This document shows positions 62,873 through 64,000 of a DNA stretch of 64,000 nt, piece by piece (position 1 is the first letter of the stretch; each line of letters begins with the position of its first letter). Origin of the DNA: Takakia lepidozioides. Taxonomy: Eukaryota; Plantae; Bryophyta. A program made the translations under genes and the position numbers. Where the stretch lies: positions 42,594,001 through 42,658,000 of the forward strand of contig CM060731.1 in NCBI GenBank assembly GCA_030704615.1, in the 5' to 3' direction. The notes under the pieces were generated by a model. It was not told where the DNA came from. It searched no databases and worked only from the letters and a program-made list of their open reading frames with translations.

Positions 62873-64000
62873 ACACGCTGAAGCGCCTGAGTCCAAAAGT
62901 GCTTCTACGGAGATATCTCGATTTTGCATCCTGATCTTTACTGGAACTGTGAAACAAGATACAGGGTCTGGAGGTAGAAAAAGACTTTTTTTGGGTGAGG
63001 AATTTGGGGTGTCCAGCCGCATGGTCCTTACTATGACTGGACATCTTCGTTTTCCGACCTCCTCGTATCGAACACTTGAGTGGTGCCCCGAGCTTTGAAT
63101 CTTATCTTGTTGGGGAAGTTTAATGCCATGTGATCATTTTCTCCGCAATAAAGACATAATCCATTCGAGCGCCGTCTTTGTTTTTCATATGACGTCAATG
63201 GCTTGAATCGGATAGCATCAATCTGCATAAGATCGTTACCGGATGTCTGATGGAGTGTTGTATTTGGTGCCGTAGTAGCAGCGGCATGGTGCGGCGTTGA
63301 CCATCCAGATCGCTTCTCTTGACGTCTTTCGAACAAACGATTATCGCATGCAATGACTCGGGTGATGAATTCGCTCAGTGTACTCACGTTTGGCATTGTC
63401 AGCAATAAATCTTTAACATTATCTTTTAGGTCACATCGAAACTGACTAATGAGGCTATTTTCATTCCAGTCAAGGTCGCACGCAAGTTGTCGAAATTTGG
63501 CAGCATAAACGGAAGCTGGACGTGCTCCTTGTCGAAGATTTCGCATCTTTATCTCTGCAACTCTCTCTCTATCATTCTCTCCAAACATTGCAGTGAACTC
63601 GGACATGAACGCTTCAAAATTGTATAGTAAATGCGAATTTTTCTCTAATAGCGGTACAAACCAAGATAGGGCAGTGCCTAATAGAAGGGTGCCCATGAAT
63701 CCCACTTGAATACCTTCATCAGAGTAGCATTGTGGATGTAGTCGTAGGAACAATCGTATTTGTTGAACAAAACCGCGAAATCTTGATCTCGTCCCATTAA
63801 ATTTCTCGAGCATGCTGACCTTTGGTTCCCTTGTAATTTGTTGAAGATTTGGAGGAACCATTGCAGTAGGATTTGTTGTAGTAGAGACTCGTAGGTTGAA
63901 GATCCATTGTTCGACTCCTTCAACTCTGAAATTTGTTGTTGCAAATTGTTGAGTGCATTGCCAAGGTCTTGAGACTGATCAGCTTGTAGTTGGGCAGTAG

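Larger units (their letters stand above)
47032..64000 (-). mobile_element. Ty3/gypsy chromovirus (Tcn1-like), decayed; its 5' end lies beyond the window and it is interrupted by another gypsy element
   Basis: gag 63031-63944 (retrotrans_gag-like, MQID, CLYCGENDH), protease ALLDSGASAC/FIDKDFV split at 62873/51627, RT ~50300-51000 (YLDD), RNase H 49911-50258, integrase 48550-49800, chromodomain ~48330-48480, PPT and 3' LTR. Confidence 0.92.

Overview
Eukaryotic nuclear DNA from a land plant. A PLS-DYW editing factor, a Tcn1-like chromovirus and a DNMT3-like retroelement suggest a non-seed lineage, but that is inference. The first ~18 kb is genic: a 14-exon photolyase-N/alpha-beta-hydrolase fusion gene with one U12-type intron, then a PPR-DYW gene head-to-head with the mitochondrial processing peptidase beta gene, with a tRNA-derived SINE between them. 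The 19-31 kb region holds decayed sequence, a processed glycerol-3-phosphate dehydrogenase fragment, and an AT-rich island with a GIY-YIG nuclease remnant and a palindromic minisatellite. The 31-64 kb region is a nested transposon stack. An L1-like LINE is split by an 8.5-kb P-element-like DNA transposon (16-bp TIRs, 8-bp TSD), which itself carries a triplicated LINE fragment. The same LINE is also cut by a chromoviral Ty3/gypsy element. Inserted in the protease gene of that chromovirus is the most unusual object in the window: an 11.2-kb Ty3/gypsy element (51628-62872). Its pol encodes a DNMT3-like cytosine methyltransferase domain between protease and RT, and its integrase ends in a PHD finger. 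It has extra upstream ORFs, and its termini are split direct repeats (B-internal-A-B-A) rather than two ordinary LTRs. All exon boundaries and domain calls were read by eye; no alignment or database search was run.
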